In this document: piece by piece, positions 16,504 through 26,034 of the stretch
Position numbering within the stretch: position 1 is the stretch's first letter
Layout: each line of letters starts with the position of its first letter
Source: a virus
Taxonomy: Duplodnaviria; Caudoviricetes
Reading direction: 5' to 3' (one strand)
Length of the DNA: 27,311 nt
IMG/VR virus record: IMGVR_UViG_3300031511_000004
Span: 1 to 27,311 of that record
The notes under the pieces: generated by a model
The model's input: only the letters and a program-made list of their open reading frames with translations
Database searches by the model: none
What the model was told of the DNA's origin: nothing
Made by a program: the position numbers and the translations under genes

Positions 16504-17283
16504 ATGTTTAAAGGATTCGATTTCAAGTATCCCGAATACGAAGTAATCACTCCACAAACAAATTTATCATACAATATTAGATCTCTAAATGTCCAAGAAG
16601 AAGAAAGATTAAAAGGAAGTTTGTTATCTACTTCTAAAATAAGTGAGCATCTCAATAAATGTATTTATGAAGCTCTGACCAAGAAACCAGAGCATATAAA
16701 AACGTTTGACGATTTTTTAAAGAATACAACTCTGAAAGATCGTGATGCACTTCTTTATGGCTTATATCATATTACATATGAAGAGATCAGAAATTATGAT
16801 GTAATTTGTGGTTCGTGCGGAAAAAAATATTCGGTTACAGTTCAAGCATCAGATACTTTCAATATCAGTTTCTATCCAGGAAATGATATTTTAAAGAAAG
16901 TAATTGATATTAAATTACCATCTTCAGATAAGGTTACAGTGTTTTTTAAACAACCAACATTGTTTGATGAAACTGTAAATTTCAAAACTGGTTTAACTCA
17001 ATCAAACATAGACCTCTTAATGGAAACTCTAATAATTACTAAATTTCAGTATCAGCCAAATGAAGGCGATACAGTTGTTTATACAGACCGAGAAGATATT
17101 ATGGATGCATATAGGTCTCTTCCAGCAAAAGATAAACGAGCAATTTATAGAGTTTTTAGAGAAGAGTTTGGTAAATATGGTATTATTCTAAAGATGGAAT
17201 CTAGTTGTATTCACTGCTCTCAAAGAGAAGAGATAGATATCGACTTGGTGGAAAACTTTTTTCGTATGGTGCACTCAATCTAA
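16504..17283 (+). CDS. T4 gp26-like baseplate hub assembly protein / tail assembly chaperone
   Basis: PEYEVITP...IRSLNVQEE, DRDALL, two CxxC (CGSC, CIHC), ends in ...ENFFR; immediately after the tube gene. Confidence 0.7.
   Translation: MFKGFDFKYPEYEVITPQTNLSYNIRSLNVQEEERLKGSLLSTSKISEHLNKCIYEALTKKPEHIKTFDDFLKNTTLKDRDALLYGLYHITYEEIRNYDVICGSCGKKYSVTVQASDTFNISFYPGNDILKKVIDIKLPSSDKVTVFFKQPTLFDETVNFKTGLTQSNIDLLMETLIITKFQYQPNEGDTVVYTDREDIMDAYRSLPAKDKRAIYRVFREEFGKYGIILKMESSCIHCSQREEIDIDLVENFFRMVHSI
17254..17263 (+). other. Candidate programmed frameshift site AAC TTT TTT C
   Basis: T6 run near the end of the chaperone ORF; the +1 frame is open from 17237 to 17464. Confidence 0.55.
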
Positions 17284-17464
17284 TACTGTTTCAGAATATC
17301 GAGATAATCTTGCTTCAAATATTTATTCATGTATGGAGATGAGTAAACAAGGGTATTCTGAAGTTACTTTGATGCCGGTTAACAAGTTCTATGATTATTT
17401 AAAATGGAAAACTAAGTTAGAAGAAGAAAAACAAAAAATGATTTTAGAACATACAGGCAAGTAG
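17264..17464 (+). CDS. Chaperone C-terminal extension (frameshift product) or a 43-aa ORF from ATG 17333
   Basis: VWCTQSNTVSEYRDNLASNIYSCMEMSKQGYSEVTLMPVNKFYDYLKWKTKLEEEKQKMILEHTGK; no SD before ATG 17333; fills the gap before the gp25-like gene. Confidence 0.65.
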   Translation, partial: VWCTQSNTVSEYRDNLASNIYSCMEMSKQGYSEVTLMPVNKFYDYLKWKTKLEEEKQKMILEHTGK

Positions 17465-17495
17465 TAGTTATGAGTGCATATTCAGGAGATGTTAA

Positions 17496-17927
17496 ATGGC
17501 AAATTTGTTAGACAGATTTAGAAAGCAGGTCATAGGCTCTGATACTTCACTACATGACTATCTTCCAAAAATAACGTCGAGCGGTGAGTTTAAAAGAGTT
17601 AAAGATATTGATGTTATAATAACATCATGGAATAATATTCTATTAACTCCCAGAGGAAGTTATATTTTTGATCCAGAATATGGCAGTGATTTATATTTAA
17701 TGATTTTTGAACCTGCTGACGATTCAACTGTTGATAGAATAAAAACAGAAATTCGTCAAAGAATTGCTTATTATGATGATCGCGCATCTATTACAGATAT
17801 AACAGTTACTTTAAATTCAAATGGTAAGGGATTTACTGTGGATTTGCTGGTTGATTATGCAGGTGAAGAATCTAGTTTAACAGTTAAATTTGATGAAACT
17901 ACAATAGACCAAAATATTACAGGATAA
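17496..17927 (+). CDS. Baseplate wedge subunit / sheath initiator (gp25/GPW-like)
   Basis: NILLTPRGSYIFDPEYGSDL...FEP...YDDR matches the GPW_gp25 signature. Confidence 0.9.
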   Translation: MANLLDRFRKQVIGSDTSLHDYLPKITSSGEFKRVKDIDVIITSWNNILLTPRGSYIFDPEYGSDLYLMIFEPADDSTVDRIKTEIRQRIAYYDDRASITDITVTLNSNGKGFTVDLLVDYAGEESSLTVKFDETTIDQNITG

Positions 17928-17929
17928 TT

Positions 17930-18583
17930 ATGAGCACACAACATTACGAACGATTGTATGATTATATTCATGAATACCAAAATTTATTATATGATTTTTA
18001 TAGTAAAGATGTAGTTGCTTTTCTTACTACATTTTATCATGTTGATACACAAACAACTGTTTGGGAAGATGAAAAAATGTTTGGTGGATCGTATGATCGT
18101 GTTGGTGAATATTCTGGAGTAAAGTGGAATAAAATTTTACTATTGCCAGTTTATTATATTGATGAAATTACAACATCATTTGATGCTCAAGATATTGGTT
18201 ATATTAAAGAAAATGATTCGACATTAGTTATCCCAAGTACATATGGATTTACTCCATTAGTTAACGATAAAATAAAATTAGAACAAACATATTTGAGACC
18301 AACCAATGATGTATATCCTGTTTTTAATGTTGGTGGTATAGAAAAATCTGTAAATGCTGACAGACTTTTTTGGAAGATGAAAGTTCATGTTGAGCAAAGT
18401 GTGACAATAACTCAAGTGGAAGACCAAATTGAAGATGTGTATTCATTCTTTGATTACGATAAAAAAATACATACTCTTGCAGATACACAATTTTTAACAA
18501 GGCTCTTAGCAAAAAATGAAGATTTAAAAAGCATAGCAAGTGATGACCTCTTTGATTCAGCTAGTGGGTATTACTTTATATAA
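17930..18583 (+). CDS. Virion structural protein, possibly neck/head-closure (gp14-like)
   Basis: Lies within the structural operon; TLVIP...TPLVNDKI...VFNVGGIE...FWKMKV is reminiscent of head-closure beta-barrels. The function call is weak. Confidence 0.45.
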   Translation: MSTQHYERLYDYIHEYQNLLYDFYSKDVVAFLTTFYHVDTQTTVWEDEKMFGGSYDRVGEYSGVKWNKILLLPVYYIDEITTSFDAQDIGYIKENDSTLVIPSTYGFTPLVNDKIKLEQTYLRPTNDVYPVFNVGGIEKSVNADRLFWKMKVHVEQSVTITQVEDQIEDVYSFFDYDKKIHTLADTQFLTRLLAKNEDLKSIASDDLFDSASGYYFI

Positions 18584-18595
18584 TTGGAGACAACA

Positions 18596-21049
18596 ATGGC
18601 AGACAATTCAACTTCATATCAAGTTTATAAATCGAGAGATCAGATAAGAAATCAAATCACAACTCTCTTAAAACAGTATATGGAACTAGAGAATGTAGAT
18701 TTAACAAAGTCATCATTTCTATCATTTATTGTTGAGGTCTTAGCAACAAATACTAGTAACTTATTATTTTACCAAATTTCTGCATATAGAGAATTCTTTT
18801 TAACAAAAGCACAACTACCATCGTCAATATATAATCTCGCTGCTTTTTTGGGTTATACACCAAGCGATGCAACTCCTTCTACAGTAAATGTTCTGTTTAC
18901 TATACCAAAAACATTTTCCGAAGATACTACTTTTACAATTCCAGATGGGTTTGAAGTTACATCAGATAGTGGGATAATATTTTCGACATATTATGATACA
19001 AGCATAAGTGTAAAAAATAGCCAGTCGTCAATAACTGTCACTGTTCAAGAAGGAAATAGAACATATAATCTACCAGTAACAATTGAATCAGATCAATTCT
19101 TATTTGTTTTACCATTTGAGCAAACTACATCTAGTATTCAAGAATTTCAAGTATCTGAAGATTTACAACAATATCAGTTTGTTTCTATTGATGTTCCATT
19201 CTCCGGTCAGATTTCAACTCAAAATATACAGATTCGTCCACCAGGAAGTACAGCGTATACTACATATTCTGAAGTTGCAAGTTTATTTCTTATGGATACG
19301 TCAACAAAAGGCTATGTTTCAAGACGAACAGATACAGGTATAAATTTACAATTTGGTAATGGCTTGATCGGTTATCAACCAGAAGCTGGTTCTACAATTA
19401 AAGTAACTCTTGAATTAACAGATGGTTCTGATGGTAATGTTATATCTGGGTCAATTACATCTGGTGACCGAATTTATAATACAACATCTGGCGGAGTTGC
19501 ACAAATAGTTCAATATGATATAACAAATACATCTCCAGCAACCAATGGTGCAGATGAAGAATCACTAGAAGAAATTCGTCAAAATGCAATTTCAAGTCTT
19601 ACAGCTTTAAATAGATTAGTTAGTGAAAACGATTTTATTCATGCAAATACTATTATTGATAATTCTCCAATAGGACAAAATTCGCTTCCAGTATTAAAAC
19701 GATCAGATTTAAAAGTCAATGAAATTGAACTATTTTCAATTATCCTATTTGGAAGTGATCTAGTACCAACTAAAAATGTTTATGAATCTTTTGTTGATAC
19801 TTCTATTCCAAGAAAAACTATTATAACAAAGGATTCAATTGATTACTATACAGTTTTTGATATGGAAATTGATGCTTTAAATTCAGTTGCAAATTATACA
19901 TATATTTTATATGAAATTGAACAAATTCCCACTTTAGTAACTAGTTATGGCGTAGATTATGATCTTGTTGCTGATAATCTAATAGTGACTCGTTCTGGAA
20001 ATGCTGCAACATACGAACTTCATTATACTACAAATGAAAGTGATTTTCTAGCCAATACTTGTACAATGGAAATATCTGAAACTGGCTCTACTTATAATAT
20101 GGTTAATGATGGTACTGCTTTTGTTCTAACATTTGCTAATAATTCAGTTATTCCAAAGGGTAACCTAACATACTTTTTTACTATAACAAATCCAACAAAA
20201 GGAACATTTGCACAATACTCATCTCAATTTATTTTTAGATTGTCTTTGGATGATTTTGAATTATCAAATGTTATAACTGATGGTACGTCAAATATTGTTT
20301 ATGATATTCCTGTGGTTAGAAAAAGTTATTATGACAGTATAGTGCAACGAGATTTTGAAAGCGATGTTTTGCAGAAGTTGTTAACTACAATGACTTTTAA
20401 AGATTATAGAATGCTTACTGATTTTGTAAACTTTAAATTTTCAAATACAACTGGTAGTCTTGATAATATGCAATTAAATGATGTTGATCTTACTGCTGCT
20501 ACTGATATTTTATCTGATCCTCCTACATCTGGTTTACAAGGCGATAGATATATAGTTCTAAATGGTACTGGATCTTGGAATGGGCATGATGATGATATAG
20601 CAGTTTTATCAGATGCAACAGCGTTAACATGGGTATTTACTTCGCCAAAAACTGAGCAAATGGTTTATGTTACAAACAAGGGATATAAATATATTTACTC
20701 AGATGCAGGATGGATTATTCCAAGTTATGATATTCCTTTAAACCTTAGTATTGATGTTTTTGTTTCTAATTCATATTCTGGTACTCTATCTGATTTAACA
20801 CAAGCAATTAAAACAGAATTAGTAACTACATTTGAAGAAAGATTTGGAATAAATGCTGATATTTATAGATCTGAAATAATTGAAACTGTACAAGGAGTAG
20901 ATGGAGTAGAACATTGTAGGCTTATATCTCCAGAATCTAGTATATTCTTTAATTTTGATATTGATAATTTTACACAAACACAATTACTTGAGTATAGTCC
21001 TGAATATGTATATTTTACAGAGGATTCTATCTCTATAAGGACATTTTAA
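18596..21049 (+). CDS. Baseplate wedge protein (T4 gp6 / baseplate J-like) with DUF2793-like insert
   Basis: EFFLTKAQLPSSIYNLAAFLGY, LQFGNGLIGYQP, GADEESLEEIR...RLVSENDF, VQGVDGV; PPTSGLQGDRYIVLNGTGSWNGHDDDIA. Start revised to ATG 18596 (GGAG SD). Confidence 0.88.
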   Translation: MADNSTSYQVYKSRDQIRNQITTLLKQYMELENVDLTKSSFLSFIVEVLATNTSNLLFYQISAYREFFLTKAQLPSSIYNLAAFLGYTPSDATPSTVNVLFTIPKTFSEDTTFTIPDGFEVTSDSGIIFSTYYDTSISVKNSQSSITVTVQEGNRTYNLPVTIESDQFLFVLPFEQTTSSIQEFQVSEDLQQYQFVSIDVPFSGQISTQNIQIRPPGSTAYTTYSEVASLFLMDTSTKGYVSRRTDTGINLQFGNGLIGYQPEAGSTIKVTLELTDGSDGNVISGSITSGDRIYNTTSGGVAQIVQYDITNTSPATNGADEESLEEIRQNAISSLTALNRLVSENDFIHANTIIDNSPIGQNSLPVLKRSDLKVNEIELFSIILFGSDLVPTKNVYESFVDTSIPRKTIITKDSIDYYTVFDMEIDALNSVANYTYILYEIEQIPTLVTSYGVDYDLVADNLIVTRSGNAATYELHYTTNESDFLANTCTMEISETGSTYNMVNDGTAFVLTFANNSVIPKGNLTYFFTITNPTKGTFAQYSSQFIFRLSLDDFELSNVITDGTSNIVYDIPVVRKSYYDSIVQRDFESDVLQKLLTTMTFKDYRMLTDFVNFKFSNTTGSLDNMQLNDVDLTAATDILSDPPTSGLQGDRYIVLNGTGSWNGHDDDIAVLSDATALTWVFTSPKTEQMVYVTNKGYKYIYSDAGWIIPSYDIPLNLSIDVFVSNSYSGTLSDLTQAIKTELVTTFEERFGINADIYRSEIIETVQGVDGVEHCRLISPESSIFFNFDIDNFTQTQLLEYSPEYVYFTEDSISIRTF

Positions 21050-21051
21050 TA

Positions 21052-22167
21052 ATGCAAGAGATTCTTAAAAAAATTGATGCAAATTTACCACAATTACGAA
21101 GATATATTGTAACTAAAGCATCTAAAGAATTAGCAGAGCTTTCTCAACCATGTTATTATCCAAAGACAAAAAAGATGTATATAGAGTTATTGCATATTCT
21201 TAAAATATCTGATAAAGATGTAAAAGATTTTGTAAAGAGAAGTACTAAAGGCACTAAAGCTGAGAAATGGTTAATTGCAAATGAGCCAACATCAAGATTG
21301 CTAGTATTTATAATGCATCTTTTTCTAAAAAACAGAGATACTTCTTCATATGCAGCTACTATGGTTTATTATTTAATAGTTCAATATGCTAGATTGATGC
21401 ATAAACAAATTCAATATTGTGATGAAGATGCTTTTAGATATGCTCTTGATACTCTTACAAAAACGCATTTATTCTCAAGAGAAAAAACAATCCCAAACAG
21501 TTTATATTTTCTATCTAAAGCTCTACAAAGAAGTTTTACTAAAGATATACAAAAATGGGATGAAGATAGAGTTTTAGCATTTATGATAGAATCTAGAACT
21601 AGAATTTCTCAAAGTGTTAAAAGTTTTGCGACAAGTTATTATAACATTAAAAAATCTAAAATTGGAATTAAAACACAACAAGAACCTACAGATGATAAAG
21701 AAGAGTATAAACCAGAATACGTGGTGTTGAAACGTGGACAACAAGTTATTGATAATGTTACAAAAAAAATAACAATGTATAAACTTGTTGATGTTAAAGC
21801 TTTGAATGATGCAAAAAATGTAAGTAAAATAAAAACATCAATTGCTACGCAAATAGCAAATGAATTAATAAATAGAAGATACGCCGATAAAATAAAAATA
21901 CTCCTACAACTATTTATAAAAGATCTAACTTCTGTACAAATGGTTTGTGGTGATGAATATTATAAATATGTTAAAAATCTTATGGGTTTAAAAAGAACCT
22001 CAGCTCAACTGTATTTTAAAGCGCAAGTTTCCATCCTTTTAAAAGATATTATTACTAATTTAAAGATGAATAAATTATATGACAGTTATACATCTCAAAC
22101 TCAGTTTATTATAAACACCTTTCTAGCTTATTATGTAACATCTATTCTACGAAACAATCTTTGTTAA
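21052..22167 (+). CDS. Hypothetical basic, helical protein
   Basis: 371-aa ORF at the end of the + strand operon; no motif recognised. Confidence 0.7.
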   Translation: MQEILKKIDANLPQLRRYIVTKASKELAELSQPCYYPKTKKMYIELLHILKISDKDVKDFVKRSTKGTKAEKWLIANEPTSRLLVFIMHLFLKNRDTSSYAATMVYYLIVQYARLMHKQIQYCDEDAFRYALDTLTKTHLFSREKTIPNSLYFLSKALQRSFTKDIQKWDEDRVLAFMIESRTRISQSVKSFATSYYNIKKSKIGIKTQQEPTDDKEEYKPEYVVLKRGQQVIDNVTKKITMYKLVDVKALNDAKNVSKIKTSIATQIANELINRRYADKIKILLQLFIKDLTSVQMVCGDEYYKYVKNLMGLKRTSAQLYFKAQVSILLKDIITNLKMNKLYDSYTSQTQFIINTFLAYYVTSILRNNLC

Positions 22168-23399
22168 ATTTTAAATGCACTTGGCATTTTTGCTTCTATT
22201 GCATCTGCTATTGCTTTTACAGATGATGCAACTCGTTCGGCTGGATTTTGTTTTTCTTCGTCTGTTTTTTCTATAGCAGTTGGAGCTTGTCTTTTAGTAG
22301 TGATAGTTGTTGTATTGGCTATTCGTGCCGCTGCTGCATGCTCTTGTGCTTGTGCTGATGTTGGTTGATAAGTACTAAAATTTCTAACTCCACTTTTTTC
22401 ATTACTCATTCCATCAATATAATTTTGTAATGTTGGACGATTGGAAGAGTTCCTTCCTGCTAAAATACTATTAAATAAACTGCCAAAATCTATACGAACA
22501 TCAACAATTCCCAATTTTTGTTTAAAAGAAATTTGTTGTTGATCGCCACCTTTTATAACTGTAATATTAGAAATAAATGCGGGATCTAAATTATAAATTC
22601 CAGGTGAGTAAATTTTATGTATAAATGGCCAACTGTATGTAACGCCATCATGAGAAATTGGAATTCCAAGTAACATCAATGCAGCTATTGGCCCAATAAT
22701 ATATTTTCGAGTTGTGTCTGCATCTGAAGGGTTTGGATTATAAAGTCTTATAGTCATTGTATAAGACGGTTGAAATCCGCTAGATTTCCAAAGCATTGGA
22801 AAATCAAGTCTTGAACCAGCTGCTAATGACGAAACTAAATTAATTCCTCCAGCAAGAGTTCCTCCACCAGGAAGAGCTTTAACTAAATCAGCTGCAGCAT
22901 TTCTTCCCGCAGATAAAGCAGTTCCTATAGTTTTTCCAATCGTTCCACCTTTTGTTTTTAATCCTTTTGTGAGTTTATCAAATGCTTGTCCAGCACTACT
23001 TGCACCCATCATCTGCATAATTGCTGCAGATTTTTCTGAAGCAACATCAGTAAACGATTGTAAAAAGTTTTCTCCATATTCATTTGTAAAACTATCTGTA
23101 GGAAAACTATCAGCTAGAAATGCAAGTTCAAGGTATCCATTACTGGTTGCTGAAGTTTGTTGTAATGTAAAACCATGCTGTGATAAAAGTGTTGTATAAG
23201 ACAATTCCTTACTATTTTTTCCACCTGAAGAAAATAGATCTCTTCTAGTAAATAATGAAATTCCTTTAGTAAAACTTGGTACACCGGGATATATACGAAC
23301 TAGAGGCATTGAATTTCTAAGAACAGTGTTTGTATCACCTCTTAAGTTTGCAGGTGGTAATCCTATTGTAAAATCTATAGATGTTTTTTTAGTTGCCAT
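22164..23399 (-). CDS. Probable baseplate-tail tube junction/initiator protein (gp48/gp54-like)
   Basis: Tube-fold-like pattern PMLWKSSGFQPSYTMTIRLYNP...PFIHKI...ISNITVIKGG...VDVRIDF with a Gly/Ala-rich insert; follows the tape-measure-like gene. Confidence 0.55.
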   Translation of the reverse strand: MATKKTSIDFTIGLPPANLRGDTNTVLRNSMPLVRIYPGVPSFTKGISLFTRRDLFSSGGKNSKELSYTTLLSQHGFTLQQTSATSNGYLELAFLADSFPTDSFTNEYGENFLQSFTDVASEKSAAIMQMMGASSAGQAFDKLTKGLKTKGGTIGKTIGTALSAGRNAAADLVKALPGGGTLAGGINLVSSLAAGSRLDFPMLWKSSGFQPSYTMTIRLYNPNPSDADTTRKYIIGPIAALMLLGIPISHDGVTYSWPFIHKIYSPGIYNLDPAFISNITVIKGGDQQQISFKQKLGIVDVRIDFGSLFNSILAGRNSSNRPTLQNYIDGMSNEKSGVRNFSTYQPTSAQAQEHAAAARIANTTTITTKRQAPTAIEKTDEEKQNPAERVASSVKAIADAIEAKMPSAFKI

Positions 23400-23401
23400 T
23401 T

Positions 23402-25984
23402 TTAAAATCCCTCGTTAAAATAATCACCTCTAACTATTGCGCGATCATATTCTGAAAATGTTTCTCTAGTTTTTTGTGCAGCGTTTGAAACAGTACTAGA
23501 AATATTTTGTATTGAAGAGTGAGCAATTGTTGTTGCTTGTGTTATTCCGTGTGATATTTCTTTTCCCATTTCTTTACTAGATAATCCAAGTTTCTTAGTT
23601 TGATCTTTTATAACTTTTTCAAATTCTTTAATTTCTACTATTGCTTTTTGAGCTTCTATATGTGCTATTTTCTTTGCAGATGTATATGTACTTTTAGCTT
23701 GTTCAGTTGCTTTTCTGACAAGATGTGGATTATGTAATTGAAATTCATATTTTCCAAGCGCTGCAGCTCTTGAAACTGCTGTTTGTGCTTTACCTTCTTT
23801 TTGAAGATATTTTAAAAATTCTCCTTCTCGTTTTTTTCCATATGTTATAGGGTTCTGCCAAAAATGTTTTGATGGAAATCCACCTTCTTGAATCCATTTA
23901 GTTCGAACTCTTGATATTTCATCTGGAGTATATTTCAAATAATCATTTAAGTGTTTAGTCAAAAAATCTTGTTGACCAGTTTCAACTTCATATAAGAAAG
24001 CACCTTTACCAACATTATATTTTCCAACACCAGTCTGAATCTTTGAACCTTGCATTCCAGCATATCCCTTAATGCCACCTTTTTTAGCAGCAACTAGCAT
24101 ATGTTGTGTTTTTTGACCTTGTTCTTTATTAAGTCTGTTAGCAGCAGCATTAAAAGTACTCCAAATTTTATTTAAACCTTTTGAAATTCCAAATGTATTA
24201 TCTAACCATTGTCCTATTTTTGCTCCACCCCAAGCAGCTGCAATACCACCTAAAATAACGGGAAGTAATGTTGTAAGTATTCCTGTTAATCCTCCTCCAC
24301 CAACAAGACCAAACATTCCAAAGAGACTTTTTCGTTTCTCCCTTTTCTCCCTTTTCTTTTCAATAGTATATTCAGCTTCTATAACATCTGTCATATCTGA
24401 AGTATAACCAAGAAGCTTTTGTTGATCGTTTCTTGATTCATTCATATATTCTTCTGATTTTTTTACAAACTTAGCTATATGAATTTCAGATACTGGTATA
24501 GCATTAAGTTTTATTCCTTCTTGTTCCATACCAGGTGTAATTAATCTAGAAAAACCTGTTTCACCATATGTTTCTTTTAAAAGTCTTCTTCGGGTCGACA
24601 ATTTATCCAATATTGTTGTAACAAAAAATTCTCGTTCCCGAGTCCATTTTTCAGCTGTCCCTGCTTTAGATTTTCCATACTTTTCTCGGTTAAGAAAATA
24701 TTGTTTTGTCATCCAATTCAGTATAGATCTGCCACCTCTAAAGAAACTCCATATTCCGGACGGAATTCCTTCAAGTGTTTTATACTGTTTACCAGTAAAA
24801 GCACTTGATAAATCTCTTGTTGCCTCAGCAGTTGCTTTAGTATATAAGGCTATATTATCTAGTCTCCACATACCTTCAGCATATATTTTTCCTAAATTTT
24901 CAACCATAGCTTCAAGAGGATTAGTTGCTTTAGAAAGATGAGCTTTATAACCACCTCTAGATTTAAAGATACTATAAATAAATCTAAAAGGCGCTCCAAA
25001 AACACTACCTAGACCTTTTAAAGCAAACGCTACATGTCTAAAGAATGGATGTTCAATAAGCATCTTTTGCCAAATTTGTTGATATGAACTAACTTGAGCT
25101 CCTATTGCATCTTGAATTGCCAATAAAGCCCTTAACATACGAATATCAGAAGGTTCAGTATACTGTTCATGAACCTGCTTCATAGCTCTTAGATAACCTT
25201 TAAACAAACCAACTTTTTCAAACTTTTGTTGCGATGCAACGTATGTATGCATTCTTGCTAGTGAGTGTAGCTCAGTTCGTCTAACTGATTTTGCAAGTTC
25301 TTCAGTTATTCCAATACTTTTATCAATCCTACCAAGCACTTCTTCAATAGGCATAACTACTTCAGCTGGATGCAAATGAGCAAGCCCTTCTTTCTTAACA
25401 TATCCACCATGTTGCATTTTTGGGATACCCTTGTTGCTAGTTATGCTTTTTATAGGTCTTTCTTTTCTTCCTTTTAATCGTGCTCGACTTATTAACCCAC
25501 TAAAACCTTCTCTAAATTTAGAGGTTACTGAACCAAGTGCATCAGAGATATTGGCTTTCATTTTCTCTTTTGCGTTTTTCCATACATCTGTTTCAACAAA
25601 CTTTGCTGCAAAATAACCAAAAATAGGTGACGCTGTTGCAAGAGCAGTTGCCACAGTATTTTGTTTGTTCAATTTAATATCTTCAGTTACTGATTTTAAA
25701 ACGTCAGCACTTGCTTTTGATGTACTAGCTGCAACTTTTGCAAATCCATAACCAATGTTACCAACAGTACTATTAAGAGAACTTAAAACTTTAACCATTG
25801 AATTTTGAACATCTTCAATGCCTCTAGCATTTTCAACGTCATACTGCGTTTCTTTTATATCTTGTTTTGTCTTTTCCTGCATCTCTTGTACAACACGGTT
25901 TACATTACTGACTTCAGCAATACGTTCATTTTTAGAATCTGCTGGTTGTGTTATACTTCCTGGTTTTTTTGGTTTATCTGCCAT
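23402..25984 (-). CDS. Tape measure-like protein
   Basis: 860 aa, helical/coiled-coil, hydrophobic Gly-rich segment (GLVGGGGLTGILTTLLPVILGGIAAAWGG), and IPKMQHGGYV...AHLHPAEVVMP, a motif common in tape measures. Confidence 0.65.
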   Translation of the reverse strand: MADKPKKPGSITQPADSKNERIAEVSNVNRVVQEMQEKTKQDIKETQYDVENARGIEDVQNSMVKVLSSLNSTVGNIGYGFAKVAASTSKASADVLKSVTEDIKLNKQNTVATALATASPIFGYFAAKFVETDVWKNAKEKMKANISDALGSVTSKFREGFSGLISRARLKGRKERPIKSITSNKGIPKMQHGGYVKKEGLAHLHPAEVVMPIEEVLGRIDKSIGITEELAKSVRRTELHSLARMHTYVASQQKFEKVGLFKGYLRAMKQVHEQYTEPSDIRMLRALLAIQDAIGAQVSSYQQIWQKMLIEHPFFRHVAFALKGLGSVFGAPFRFIYSIFKSRGGYKAHLSKATNPLEAMVENLGKIYAEGMWRLDNIALYTKATAEATRDLSSAFTGKQYKTLEGIPSGIWSFFRGGRSILNWMTKQYFLNREKYGKSKAGTAEKWTREREFFVTTILDKLSTRRRLLKETYGETGFSRLITPGMEQEGIKLNAIPVSEIHIAKFVKKSEEYMNESRNDQQKLLGYTSDMTDVIEAEYTIEKKREKREKRKSLFGMFGLVGGGGLTGILTTLLPVILGGIAAAWGGAKIGQWLDNTFGISKGLNKIWSTFNAAANRLNKEQGQKTQHMLVAAKKGGIKGYAGMQGSKIQTGVGKYNVGKGAFLYEVETGQQDFLTKHLNDYLKYTPDEISRVRTKWIQEGGFPSKHFWQNPITYGKKREGEFLKYLQKEGKAQTAVSRAAALGKYEFQLHNPHLVRKATEQAKSTYTSAKKIAHIEAQKAIVEIKEFEKVIKDQTKKLGLSSKEMGKEISHGITQATTIAHSSIQNISSTVSNAAQKTRETFSEYDRAIVRGDYFNEGF

Positions 25985-26024
25985 AAATTCCTCTAGCTCC
26001 TGGTATAGGTCTTGGTTTGTTCAT
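25974..26024 (-). CDS. Possible 16-aa mini-ORF overlapping the tape-measure start
   Basis: AAGGGG-taacaa-ATG; MNKPRPIPGARGIYGR. Confidence 0.35.
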   Translation of the reverse strand: MNKPRPIPGARGIYGR

Positions 26025-26034
26025 TTGTTACCCC

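Noticed and set aside
9779-21049. Bacterial contractile injection system (eCIS, tailocin or T6SS) rather than a phage
   Set aside because: A terminase large subunit and phage-type accessory genes are present, and there is no AAA+ ATPase or bacterial housekeeping context.
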